64,000 nt of DNA from Ignavibacteriae bacterium HGW-Ignavibacteriae-4 (GTDB lineage: Bacteria > Bacteroidota > Ignavibacteria > Kapaibacteriales > UBA2268), in NCBI GenBank assembly GCA_002839765.1, contig PGYR01000003.1, positions 43,388 to 107,387 of the forward strand. The letters run 5' to 3'. How positions within the stretch are numbered: the stretch's first letter is position 1; each line of letters begins with the position of its first letter. The translations under genes and the position numbers were made by a program. The notes beneath the pieces are model-generated. The model did no database searches. It was given only the letters and a program-made list of their open reading frames with translations, and was not told where the DNA came from. Shown here one piece after another: positions 31,437 through 40,121 of the stretch.

Positions 31437-31566
31437 AGCCGCGTAGTGGCTTAATATCTGTAGCTTATTGAATAATAGATATACACCTGCCCCGTAGGGG
31501 TAATATTCAACTATTTTTTGCGCCTGGACTCTTCGGACACTTCGTGTCCTCTGAGTGACGAAATTT
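31437..31566 (+). repeat. multi-hairpin repeat family B, copy 1
   Basis: 130 nt that align with 37181-37310. Shared blocks are ATATCTGTAGC, CTGCCCCGTAGG, TATTCAA and CCTGGACT.TTCGGACACTT.GTGTCCTCTGAGTGAC. Includes the perfect hairpin GGACAC-TTC-GTGTCC. Confidence 0.85.
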
Positions 31567-31570
31567 GATT

Positions 31571-31670
31571 ACTAAGACTAACCATAACGACCTAGATTTT
31601 AATTTTAAACGACCTCGGACTATGTTCGAGGTTTTTTTGTGGGGTAATGGGAGGAATTTTGTATATTTGG
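31571..31670 (+). repeat. cassette junction module copy 5
   Basis: ACTAAGACTAACCATAACGACCTAGATTTTAATTTTAAACGACCTCGGACTATGTTCGAGGTTTTTTTGTGGGGTAATGGGAGGAATTTTGTATATTTGG. Confidence 0.9.
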
Positions 31671-31825
31671 AGAGTTGTGCATCAATGTTAATATACAACT
31701 AAAACCAATCTATAAATATATTTAATTATGGCCGAAGGTTTTTGAAATAAAAATTGTCTAATCTATCGAACCTTTAAAATTATTAAAGATTAATCTATAA
31801 AATTTATAATTAAATAAATAACAAA

Positions 31826-33511
31826 ATGAAAAAGATTACAATTGTCATAATTTTATTGACAAGCATGTATAATGCTAATGCTCAATACAATAACCTTTGG
31901 ATACCGGATACCTTATCTGGGACAGTTTTCAATTTGATGTTGCAAGACACATTTGCACAATTTCGTCCTGGCAATCAAACCATAACTGCTGGAATAAATA
32001 ACAGTAATTTTTGGGGGCCAACTTTGATATTTCAAAAAGGTGAAACTGTCCACATGAACGTACAAAACAATCTAAATGATAGTACCACGCTACACTGGCA
32101 CGGATTGCATTTGCCAGCGGTAATGGATGGTGGACCACATCAAGTAATACCACCAAACGCAGTATGGCAGCCATATTGGGAGGTTAAAAACAATGCCGCA
32201 ACATTTTGGTATCACCCTCATTTACATGAAATGACTACAGAACAAATGACGGCAGGACTTGGTGGCTTTATAATAGTCAGAGATCCAGAAGAAGCGGCGC
32301 TACCTTTACCAAGAACTTATGGTGTGGATGATTTCCCTTTGGCGATTACAGATAGACGATTTCAATCGAACAATCAGTTTGATGTAACTAACTATACTGA
32401 TTCACTCATGGTGAATGGTGTATTGAGTCCTCAATTAGGTGTTCCTGCACAAGTAGTTCGATTCAGGATGTTGAATACTTCTCCACAACGAACTTACAAT
32501 TTAGGTTTCTCAGATTCACGAACTTTCTTCGTGATAGCATCTGATGGAGGTTTATTGGATAATCCGGTACCGCTCACTCGTTATCTTCTATCTCCCGGTG
32601 AACGGGTGGAAGTGTTGGTTGATTTTGGTGGCCAGCAGAATCAAACGGTTGATCTAAAAGCATACAATAGTTCACTTGCTTCTGATATTTCCGGTGCTCC
32701 TGTCACCCATCCACCAACTGATGCGTTAAACGGGAAAAACTTTAATGTTTTGCGTTTTAATATTCTAGCTCCAATAACGGATGGCATAACTTCCATACCC
32801 TCAAACTTAATAAAAAATGTATTAATAGATCCCAATTCTTCTAATATAACTCGTACAATAACATTTGTAGATGGATTTTTAAATGGCTTTCCAAATACCT
32901 CCTTCGATGGAGTTCAATTTAAATTGAACTTTATTAATAAAACAGTTCCTTATAACAATACTGAGATTTGGAAACTAGTGAATAATTCAAATCTCGCTCA
33001 TTCATTTCATATACATGATGTACAGTTCAATGTTATCAGCCGTTCAGGCAGTACGACAACTTTGCAGGCGTACGACAAAGGATGGAAAGACAACATTTTG
33101 GTTCGAGCTGGTGAAACACTCAGCTTCATTGCAAAATTTGAAGATTATTCTGATGCAACTCATCCATTTATGTACCATTGCCACATGTCTGTACATGAAG
33201 ATGAAGGTATGATGGGGCAGTTTGTAGTAGCAAACACCTCCGATGTAAATTCTATTGAAATTACTGATTATCAGTTTAGCATTTATCCGAATCCATCGAA
33301 AGAAAAAATATTTGTAAAATTCAGTGACCCAAATCAATCTGCATATTATATCAGAATTACTGATGCTTTAGGTAGAACTATGCTAATGCTCCCACAGCCA
33401 GAATTGAACAATGGAATTGATATCAGTACATTTACGAAAGGAATATATACAATCCAATTAACAGACAACAACACTAAACAAACTTTAAGCAAAACATTTA
33501 TAAAGGAATAA
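31826..33511 (+). CDS. multicopper oxidase with T9SS C-terminal sorting domain, copy 1
   Basis: 561 aa with a signal peptide. Copper-site motifs HWHGLH, WYHPHLH, HIHD and YHCHMSVHEDEGMMGQF. CTD is FSIYPNPSKEKIFVKF...GIYTIQL. Confidence 0.9.
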   Translation: MKKITIVIILLTSMYNANAQYNNLWIPDTLSGTVFNLMLQDTFAQFRPGNQTITAGINNSNFWGPTLIFQKGETVHMNVQNNLNDSTTLHWHGLHLPAVMDGGPHQVIPPNAVWQPYWEVKNNAATFWYHPHLHEMTTEQMTAGLGGFIIVRDPEEAALPLPRTYGVDDFPLAITDRRFQSNNQFDVTNYTDSLMVNGVLSPQLGVPAQVVRFRMLNTSPQRTYNLGFSDSRTFFVIASDGGLLDNPVPLTRYLLSPGERVEVLVDFGGQQNQTVDLKAYNSSLASDISGAPVTHPPTDALNGKNFNVLRFNILAPITDGITSIPSNLIKNVLIDPNSSNITRTITFVDGFLNGFPNTSFDGVQFKLNFINKTVPYNNTEIWKLVNNSNLAHSFHIHDVQFNVISRSGSTTTLQAYDKGWKDNILVRAGETLSFIAKFEDYSDATHPFMYHCHMSVHEDEGMMGQFVVANTSDVNSIEITDYQFSIYPNPSKEKIFVKFSDPNQSAYYIRITDALGRTMLMLPQPELNNGIDISTFTKGIYTIQLTDNNTKQTLSKTFIKE

Positions 33512-33520
33512 ATAAACAGA

Positions 33521-35218
33521 ATGAAAAACATCTACATACTTATTATTTTACTATCAAGCATTTTTAGTTTAAATGCACAATACAATAACCTCTGGATACC
33601 GGACACACTTTCAGGTACTACTTTTGATTTGGCAATAAAAGACACCTTTGCTCAAATAGTAAGTACGGGAAACCAAACCATTACTGGTGGCATCAATGGA
33701 AAGTTTTGGGGCCCTACTTTGTTTATGAACAAAGGGGATGTAGTACAAATGAACGTTACTAATAATTTAAACGATACTACAACATTGCATTGGCATGGAA
33801 TGCACCTACCGGCAGTGATGGATGGCGGACCACACCAGATAATACCACCGGGTACCGTATGGAGACCTTATTGGAAAGTATCAAATGATGCAGCCACCTA
33901 TTGGTATCATCCGCATTTGCATGAAATGACGGAAGAGCAAATGATAAAAGGAATAGGTGGTTTGATTATCATAAGAGATTCCGTTGAAAGTGCCTTACCA
34001 TTACCGAGAAAATATGGAATAGATGATATACCATTAGTGTTAACAGATAGAGATTTCAATTCAGCAAATCAGATGCCCATTCTACCTTATGGTGATAGTG
34101 CCATGGTAAATATGACATTGAGGCCACAATATACGATTCCATCTCAAGTAGTAAGGTTTAGGTTTTTAAATGGTGCCGTAGAGCGTAGTTTCAATTTAGG
34201 ATTTAGCGACAACCGGACATTTTATGTTATTACCAGTGATGGTGGTTTATTGTCGGCACCTGTGCCATTAACAAGATATACTATTCATGCTGGTGAACGA
34301 ATTGAAATTCTAGTTGACTGCAATGGACAAAGTGGTACAAGTGTAGATTTAAAAGCATATAATTCCACTCTGTCACAGACTACTCCCGGTGGTGATATAT
34401 TACCACCTAATACCATTTTTGTCAATGCGTTGGCAAGGAAAGATTTCAATCTTCTACATCTGAATATAGGTGAACAAACGACAAGTCCAATCACTGACAT
34501 TCCAAATGCTTTAAGAACAGTAACTCCAATACCAGCCGGTAATGCAAACATAACACGTAACTTAACCATTGCAGATGGACCGAATCAAGGCGCATCCGGC
34601 GTATTATTTTTGTTAAATAATAAAGTATTTGACATTAATCAACTTGATTATACTGTTCCATTAGGTAATACAGAAATATGGCAGATCACCAACTCGGGTA
34701 ATTTTGGACATCCATTCCATATACATGATGTGCAGTTCAATATTCTTTCTATAAATGGCTCTGCTCCTGACGCTACACATGCGGGTTGGAAAGATGTAGT
34801 TTATGTCCCGTCTAATACTGTGGTAAAATTCATTGCAAAGTTTGAAGATTATGCCGATTCACTTCATCCTTTTATGTTTCATTGTCATATTTCACTCCAT
34901 GAGGATGACGGAATGATGGGACAATTTGTAGTAGTAGGTAATACATCAGGAATAGGTAATATTGAAAAACCTGTACCGCAATTTTCCGTGTATCCAAATC
35001 CTGCGACTGAGGGCGTTTACATAAAAATGAATGAGGAAAATGCAGAGATATATTACATTAAAATCATGGACGAATTAGGAAGAACTATTCTGATGTTACC
35101 ACGACCTGATATTTCAAAAGGAATTGATGTAAGTAACTTTGCAAGTGGCGTCTATCATTTGATACTAACGGATGAAATAAATAAAAAAACTAATTCCAAA
35201 ACCTTTATAATAAAATAG
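33521..35218 (+). CDS. multicopper oxidase with T9SS C-terminal sorting domain, copy 2
   Basis: 565 aa tandem paralog of the previous gene with the same copper motifs (HWHGMH, FHCHISLHEDDGMMGQF) and a CTD. Confidence 0.9.
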   Translation: MKNIYILIILLSSIFSLNAQYNNLWIPDTLSGTTFDLAIKDTFAQIVSTGNQTITGGINGKFWGPTLFMNKGDVVQMNVTNNLNDTTTLHWHGMHLPAVMDGGPHQIIPPGTVWRPYWKVSNDAATYWYHPHLHEMTEEQMIKGIGGLIIIRDSVESALPLPRKYGIDDIPLVLTDRDFNSANQMPILPYGDSAMVNMTLRPQYTIPSQVVRFRFLNGAVERSFNLGFSDNRTFYVITSDGGLLSAPVPLTRYTIHAGERIEILVDCNGQSGTSVDLKAYNSTLSQTTPGGDILPPNTIFVNALARKDFNLLHLNIGEQTTSPITDIPNALRTVTPIPAGNANITRNLTIADGPNQGASGVLFLLNNKVFDINQLDYTVPLGNTEIWQITNSGNFGHPFHIHDVQFNILSINGSAPDATHAGWKDVVYVPSNTVVKFIAKFEDYADSLHPFMFHCHISLHEDDGMMGQFVVVGNTSGIGNIEKPVPQFSVYPNPATEGVYIKMNEENAEIYYIKIMDELGRTILMLPRPDISKGIDVSNFASGVYHLILTDEINKKTNSKTFIIK

Positions 35219-35224
35219 AACACT

Positions 35225-35842
35225 ATGAAAAACTTATTAAATAAAAGCATTTCCTTAATAATACTATTGCCAATTTGTATGCTCTTTTTTAGTTTCAAAC
35301 CAATTCCAACGAATTCTATCTCAGATTTTTCTTTAAAAAATGTAGACGGGAAAATGGTTTCTACAACAGATTACATGGATGCAAAAGGGTTTATTATAAT
35401 ATTTACATGCAATCATTGTCCATTTGCAAAATTGTATTCAGAACGATTGAACGACTTGAATACTAAATATTCTAAATTGAATGTACCAGTTTTTGCAATC
35501 AATTCAATGGATGAATTATTATACAAAGAGGAATCATTCGAAATGATGCAACAAAAAGCGAAAAAAGATAAATTCAATTATCCCTACTTACATGATGCTG
35601 ATCAAAAGATAGGGCAATTATTTGGTACAGAACACCCCCCCACCGCCTATGTGATATGGAAACAGGATGCAGAATGGGTCGTAAAATATACTGGATCAAT
35701 AGATGACAATGGCGAACAGCCTGATATAGCAAATCCTTTTGTCGCAAATGCCGTGGATGACCTACTTGAAGGAAAACAAGTTTCAAATCCATTTACTGAA
35801 TCTTTTGGATGCCGTATATTCTACAGAGCTCCTAAAGAATAA
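35225..35842 (+). CDS. thioredoxin-fold (redoxin/AhpC-TSA-like) protein
   Basis: 205 aa with a signal/TM segment and the CxxC motif FTCNHCPFAK. Confidence 0.7.
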   Translation: MKNLLNKSISLIILLPICMLFFSFKPIPTNSISDFSLKNVDGKMVSTTDYMDAKGFIIIFTCNHCPFAKLYSERLNDLNTKYSKLNVPVFAINSMDELLYKEESFEMMQQKAKKDKFNYPYLHDADQKIGQLFGTEHPPTAYVIWKQDAEWVVKYTGSIDDNGEQPDIANPFVANAVDDLLEGKQVSNPFTESFGCRIFYRAPKE

Positions 35843-35866
35843 TTATAATTAAATTTCAGTTTTGGT

Positions 35867-35926
35867 ACATATATACTAATATTTGAAAAGACCTCGGACA
35901 TTGTTCGAGGTTTTTTGTATATTTGG
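35867..35926 (+). repeat. cassette junction module copy 6 (short form)
   Basis: ACATATATACTAATATTTGAAAAGACCTCGGACATTGTTCGAGGTTTTTTGTATATTTGG. The TATATTTG box at 35918-35925 follows the T-tract directly. Confidence 0.9.
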
Positions 35927-35994
35927 GAAGTTAGGTGTAGCTAAACGAACGAACTGGATTCCTAATACTTTAATTTAATTTATTAGATTTACAA

Positions 35995-36663
35995 ATGAAA
36001 CAAATTCACAGATTTACATTTATACTATTAATTTTTGTTGCTTGTATATCTTGTAGCAAAGGAAAAGATGGCTCTAATGAAAAAGAGTATATCTTTTTTC
36101 TTCACAATAAATTCTTAGAGGAAAACCCCGAAAGTACATTTTCAAAAGAATACAATGTAAAAGTAGAATACAATGAAATTTTGGAATCATTTAGAAAAGA
36201 TGGGTTTATAGTATTTAGTGAAAAAAGACAACCTCAAACCATCGTAATAGATTATGCTAAAAAAGTCGTTTTACAAATTGATAGTTTAATATTAAGCGGA
36301 ATTAAGCCCGAACAAATTACGGTTATTGGAACTTCTAAAGGAGGATACATAGCACAATTTGTATCAACTTATGCACAGAATCCTGAATTAAATTTTGTAT
36401 TTATTGGTTGTTTTCAAAAATCAGATATTGAAGAAATTCGTGAGATAAATTTTTGTGGCAATATCCTTACAATTTACGACAAATCTGACTATTACGGTGT
36501 ATCGGCAATTGATAGGAAAGAAACATCAAAGTTAAAGGTTAGTCGATTTAAAGAAATTGAACTTAACACAGGTTTAAGACATGGTTTTTTGTATGTTGCC
36601 TCTGATAAATGGCTAAAACCATGTAAAATGTGGGCAAAAAGAAACTATGAATTGGCAGAGTAA
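35995..36663 (+). CDS. alpha/beta-hydrolase-like lipoprotein
   Basis: 222 aa. Lipobox (VACISCS) and GxSxG elbow (GTSKGG). Confidence 0.6.
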   Translation: MKQIHRFTFILLIFVACISCSKGKDGSNEKEYIFFLHNKFLEENPESTFSKEYNVKVEYNEILESFRKDGFIVFSEKRQPQTIVIDYAKKVVLQIDSLILSGIKPEQITVIGTSKGGYIAQFVSTYAQNPELNFVFIGCFQKSDIEEIREINFCGNILTIYDKSDYYGVSAIDRKETSKLKVSRFKEIELNTGLRHGFLYVASDKWLKPCKMWAKRNYELAE

Positions 36664-36700
36664 TTTGTAATTAAGCAAGGCAAGGTTTAGTTTGGTTTTT

Positions 36701-36768
36701 ATTAAATAACTTCGGGCCTTGTTCGAGTTTTTTTGTGAGGTCTAGTATGAGGTTTTTCGTATATTTGG
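36701..36768 (+). repeat. cassette junction module copy 7 (degenerate hairpin)
   Basis: ATTAAATAACTTCGGGCCTTGTTCGAGTTTTTTTGTGAGGTCTAGTATGAGGTTTTTCGTATATTTGG. TATATTTG lies at 36760-36767. Confidence 0.8.
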
Positions 36769-36820
36769 TGTAATAACTAAATGAAAAGAGTTGTATTGGA
36801 AACAGTGGTTAAGAGAAGAA

Positions 36821-37162
36821 ATGATGATAGATTATAACGGAAAGATATTCAGACCCATTGTGAATTCAGAAAATGGTGAAACATCTAGCGAAACTGTTTT
36901 TAAATATAATCAGACGGGAAACATTCTGACATCTGAATATTCTGGTGGTAAGATAAAAATGGGGCATCTAATAGGAATTGTAGATGAAAATGGGAATATA
37001 GATATGCGTTACCATCAAGTAAATAATAGAAACGAAATTATGACTGGGATTTGTAAATCAAGACCTGAATTTCTTGAAAATGGAAAAATCCGACTTCACG
37101 AAAGTTGGGAATGGACATCAGGAGACAAATCGAAAGGGCAATCCATAATAGAAGAACAATAA
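36821..37162 (+). CDS. small conserved hypothetical protein
   Basis: About 113 aa from MMIDYNGKIFRPIVNSENGETS. From memory, it resembles a small family in Bacteroidota with no established function. The upstream TTG start in the track is unlikely. Confidence 0.6.
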   Translation: MMIDYNGKIFRPIVNSENGETSSETVFKYNQTGNILTSEYSGGKIKMGHLIGIVDENGNIDMRYHQVNNRNEIMTGICKSRPEFLENGKIRLHESWEWTSGDKSKGQSIIEEQ

Positions 37163-37180
37163 AAGCTAAAACCTAATAAT

Positions 37181-37310
37181 AAGCTGTGTAGTGACTTATA
37201 TCTGTAGCCGTGGGATGACATAGTAAATTACTGCCCCGTAGGCTGTATATTCAATCCTATTGAGCTACCTGGACTATTCGGACACTTAGTGTCCTCTGAG
37301 TGACATAATT
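37181..37310 (+). repeat. multi-hairpin repeat family B, copy 2
   Basis: Aligns with 31437-31566 and contains GGACAC-TTA-GTGTCC. Confidence 0.85.
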
Positions 37311-37330
37311 TCCTCCCTCCAATCCCCCAG

Positions 37331-37352
37331 CTCTGACATAGATTATTCTTTA
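37331..37352 (+). repeat. junction module, partial left arm only
   Basis: CTCTGACATAGATTATTCTTTA matches the left part of the module (CTCTAACAACATAGATTATATTTT). No hairpin follows. Confidence 0.6.
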
Positions 37353-37493
37353 TTGAGATTATTCGGTTAGAGAGAACATATTAGAATCTTATAACAAACC
37401 AAAAAGTATACAAGATTCGAATTTATGTATAAATCATTTGTATTCATTACACTTAGTTTTGTATAATTCTTTTCAATAAATAGGAAAATAAAG

Positions 37494-38447
37494 ATGAATA
37501 CTAATAATTATGGCAAAGATGGATGGACACCAGAGTTGATGAACTCTCAGAGTGGTAAAACATTCGTTATAACTGGAACTACTAGTGGTACTGGATTCGA
37601 AGCAGCTAGAATACTATTATCGAAGGGGGCTAAAGTTGTAATGCTAAACAGAAATGTTAAAAAATCAGAAGAAACAATTAAAACGTTACAACAACAACTT
37701 GGTAATAAAATAGACGTTTCTTATATTCAGATGGATTTAGCAGAACAAGCATCTGTAAAGAATGCGGCTGAAGAAGTACTTAAATGTATTACTCACATCG
37801 ATGCTCTTATTTGTAATGCTGCTATAGCACAAGTACCAACTCAAAACATAACTAGAGATGGTTGGGAGAGTCAAATAGGAGTGAATCACTTCGGGCATTT
37901 TACTTTGCAAGCATTATTATATCCTATTATAGAAAAATCTAAAGGTCGAATAGTAACAGTAGGATCTATGGGGTACAATATGGGGATTAAAACAATCAAA
38001 TTTGACGATTTGAATTGGGATAAAGATTATACAGGGAACAATGCTTATAGCCAAAGTAAATTAGCTCAGATTATGTCTGTTTATGAATTACAGAATCGAT
38101 TGGAGAAAGTTGGTAAGTCTGATGTTAAAATATATGCATGTCACCCAGGTTCATCTAGAACTTCTCTAATCGATACTAGCGGTAGTTTAATGATGAGATT
38201 AATGTTCGGATTGATGAAATTGTCTCCCTTTACACAATCAGCTGAAAAAGGTGCGTACCCCCAATTGATGTGCGCTACTGAAGAGAAACTTGATCAAAAA
38301 GGATTTTATGGTCCAACAGGAAGAAGTTACTGGACTGGCCCAGTAGGAGCACATCACTTAGAACTTCATGCTAAAGATAAAACTGTATCTAAAAGATTAT
38401 GGGATTTATCTGAAAAAGAAACAGGTTTAAAGTGGAATTTTAATTAA
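37494..38447 (+). CDS. short-chain dehydrogenase/reductase family oxidoreductase
   Basis: 317 aa. TGTTSGTG (TGxxxGxG), NAA and YSQSK (YxxxK) motifs. Confidence 0.85.
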   Translation: MNTNNYGKDGWTPELMNSQSGKTFVITGTTSGTGFEAARILLSKGAKVVMLNRNVKKSEETIKTLQQQLGNKIDVSYIQMDLAEQASVKNAAEEVLKCITHIDALICNAAIAQVPTQNITRDGWESQIGVNHFGHFTLQALLYPIIEKSKGRIVTVGSMGYNMGIKTIKFDDLNWDKDYTGNNAYSQSKLAQIMSVYELQNRLEKVGKSDVKIYACHPGSSRTSLIDTSGSLMMRLMFGLMKLSPFTQSAEKGAYPQLMCATEEKLDQKGFYGPTGRSYWTGPVGAHHLELHAKDKTVSKRLWDLSEKETGLKWNFN

Positions 38448-38476
38448 TTTGTTGAATAAATAAAAGAAAAGAAAAT

Positions 38477-38986
38477 ATGGAAATATTAAAAATAGCAACT
38501 GATTGGGCAAAAGCAGAAGTCTTTTCAACTCAATTTTTTATACTGTTTGGTTTTATATTTGTTTTGTCAAGCGTTGGGTTTTGGCAACTAGGGAAAACTG
38601 ATATTGCTAAGGCATATATAACACCTACTCTTGTAGCAGGTATATTACTTTTGATAATAGGATTCGGATTATTTTTCACAAATAAATCGAGAGTTAAAGA
38701 ATTCGAAATAGCATACACAAATGATGCTTCAGCTTTTGTTGAATCTGAACTCAAAAGAGTGGAAAGTACTCTGAATGAATATCAAACTATCGTTTTTAAG
38801 ATTATACCATTTATAATTACCGTAGCTGCCTTACTAATTATATTTTTAGATACTCCGACTTGGAGAGCAATAAGTATCACTACGATTGCAATGCTTGTCA
38901 TAATTTTATTGATAGACGGTACGGCCCATTCTAGAATAGAAGCCTATAATAAACAATTGTTAGTTATTGAAAAAAAAGACAGATAA
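38477..38986 (+). CDS. hypothetical membrane protein
   Basis: 169 aa with about 4 hydrophobic helices and no recognisable motif. Confidence 0.6.
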   Translation: MEILKIATDWAKAEVFSTQFFILFGFIFVLSSVGFWQLGKTDIAKAYITPTLVAGILLLIIGFGLFFTNKSRVKEFEIAYTNDASAFVESELKRVESTLNEYQTIVFKIIPFIITVAALLIIFLDTPTWRAISITTIAMLVIILLIDGTAHSRIEAYNKQLLVIEKKDR

Positions 38987-38987
38987 T

Positions 38988-39899
38988 ATGAAACACTTCA
39001 AGACTTTATCAGAATATTTCGAGTACATGGAACTACCAAGGCCTGAGCATCCTATGCTAAGTGTAATGTCAGCGTACGGTGATAGTTTTCTTACATGCCC
39101 TAAAGAAAGTTCACCTCCTATTTCAAATGATTGCTATTCCATAAGTCTCAAAAAGATTATCAAAGGTAATCTGAATTATGGAAGAACAAAATATGATTTT
39201 ACAAATGGAGCATTGATTTTTTTGGCTCCCAGACAAGTTGTGCAATGGGACAGTAGTGTAATTTTTGAACAAAAAGGTTTTTCAATTAACTTTCATGAAG
39301 ATTTTCTCAAAGGGACTGAGTTAACTCGACAAATCAACAAATATGGTTTTTTCTCTTACACAGCAAATGAGGCCTTACATCTATCACCCAAAGAAGAGAA
39401 ACTATTAGAATCAATTGTTCAGAATATAGAAATAGAATACCATAACAACCAAGATGAATTTAGTAAAGATATTATTATTTCTCAGCTAAGCACCCTTTTA
39501 AAATATGCTAACCGATTTTACGAAAGACAATTTATTAACCGTAAAGAGCTATCAAATGATTTACTAGAGCAATTCAATAAGCAACTTGAAATCTATTTTG
39601 AATCAGGTCAATTAGAACAAAATGGAATTCCTAGTATAGAACAATTGGCTAACAAAATGTCTGTTTCTCAGCGATATCTAAGTGACACATTAAAGTTAGA
39701 AACTGGTAAGACCACAACAGAACACCTGCAACTATATTTGATTGATATCGCGAAAGATATATTGCTAAAGCCAAATAAAAGTATATCTGAAGTTGCTTAT
39801 GAATTAGGTTTCGATTACCCTCAATATTTTTCAAGATTATTCAAAAAGAAAGAAGGTCTAAGTCCTTCAGAATACAGAGAACAGTATAAAATGAATTGA
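38988..39899 (+). CDS. AraC-family transcriptional regulator
   Basis: C-terminal double HTH (SIEQLANKMSVSQRYLSDTLK...EVAYELGFDYPQYFSRLFKKKEGLSPSEYR). The ATG at 38988 is preferred because it begins just after the previous stop. Confidence 0.85.
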   Translation: MKHFKTLSEYFEYMELPRPEHPMLSVMSAYGDSFLTCPKESSPPISNDCYSISLKKIIKGNLNYGRTKYDFTNGALIFLAPRQVVQWDSSVIFEQKGFSINFHEDFLKGTELTRQINKYGFFSYTANEALHLSPKEEKLLESIVQNIEIEYHNNQDEFSKDIIISQLSTLLKYANRFYERQFINRKELSNDLLEQFNKQLEIYFESGQLEQNGIPSIEQLANKMSVSQRYLSDTLKLETGKTTTEHLQLYLIDIAKDILLKPNKSISEVAYELGFDYPQYFSRLFKKKEGLSPSEYREQYKMN

Positions 39900-39926
39900 T
39901 TATACAAATCAGAATAAGCTAGGAAG

Positions 39927-39990
39927 ACATTATTGAATTAAATCTATTTTGTGAAGACCTCGGACTATATTCGAGGTTTTTTGTGTGTGT
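39927..39990 (+). repeat. cassette junction module copy 9
   Basis: ACATTATTGAATTAAATCTATTTTGTGAAGACCTCGGACTATATTCGAGGTTTTTTGTGTGTGT. A TATTTTTG box follows at 40015-40022. Confidence 0.85.
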
Positions 39991-40121
39991 TTAGTATTTT
40001 TAAATGAATTGTCGTATTTTTGGATTATAATAAGTAATGACTAGATATATGATAATTCGTATAGTTAGAAAGTTAGCTGCAACCCTAACTAACCTCAAAT
40101 CACCATAGACTAACTTTGACA

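Noticed and set aside
31507-31698. 63-aa minus-strand ORF
   Set aside because: It lies entirely within repeat family B copy 1 and junction module copy 5, and reads through the hairpins. It is most likely non-coding.
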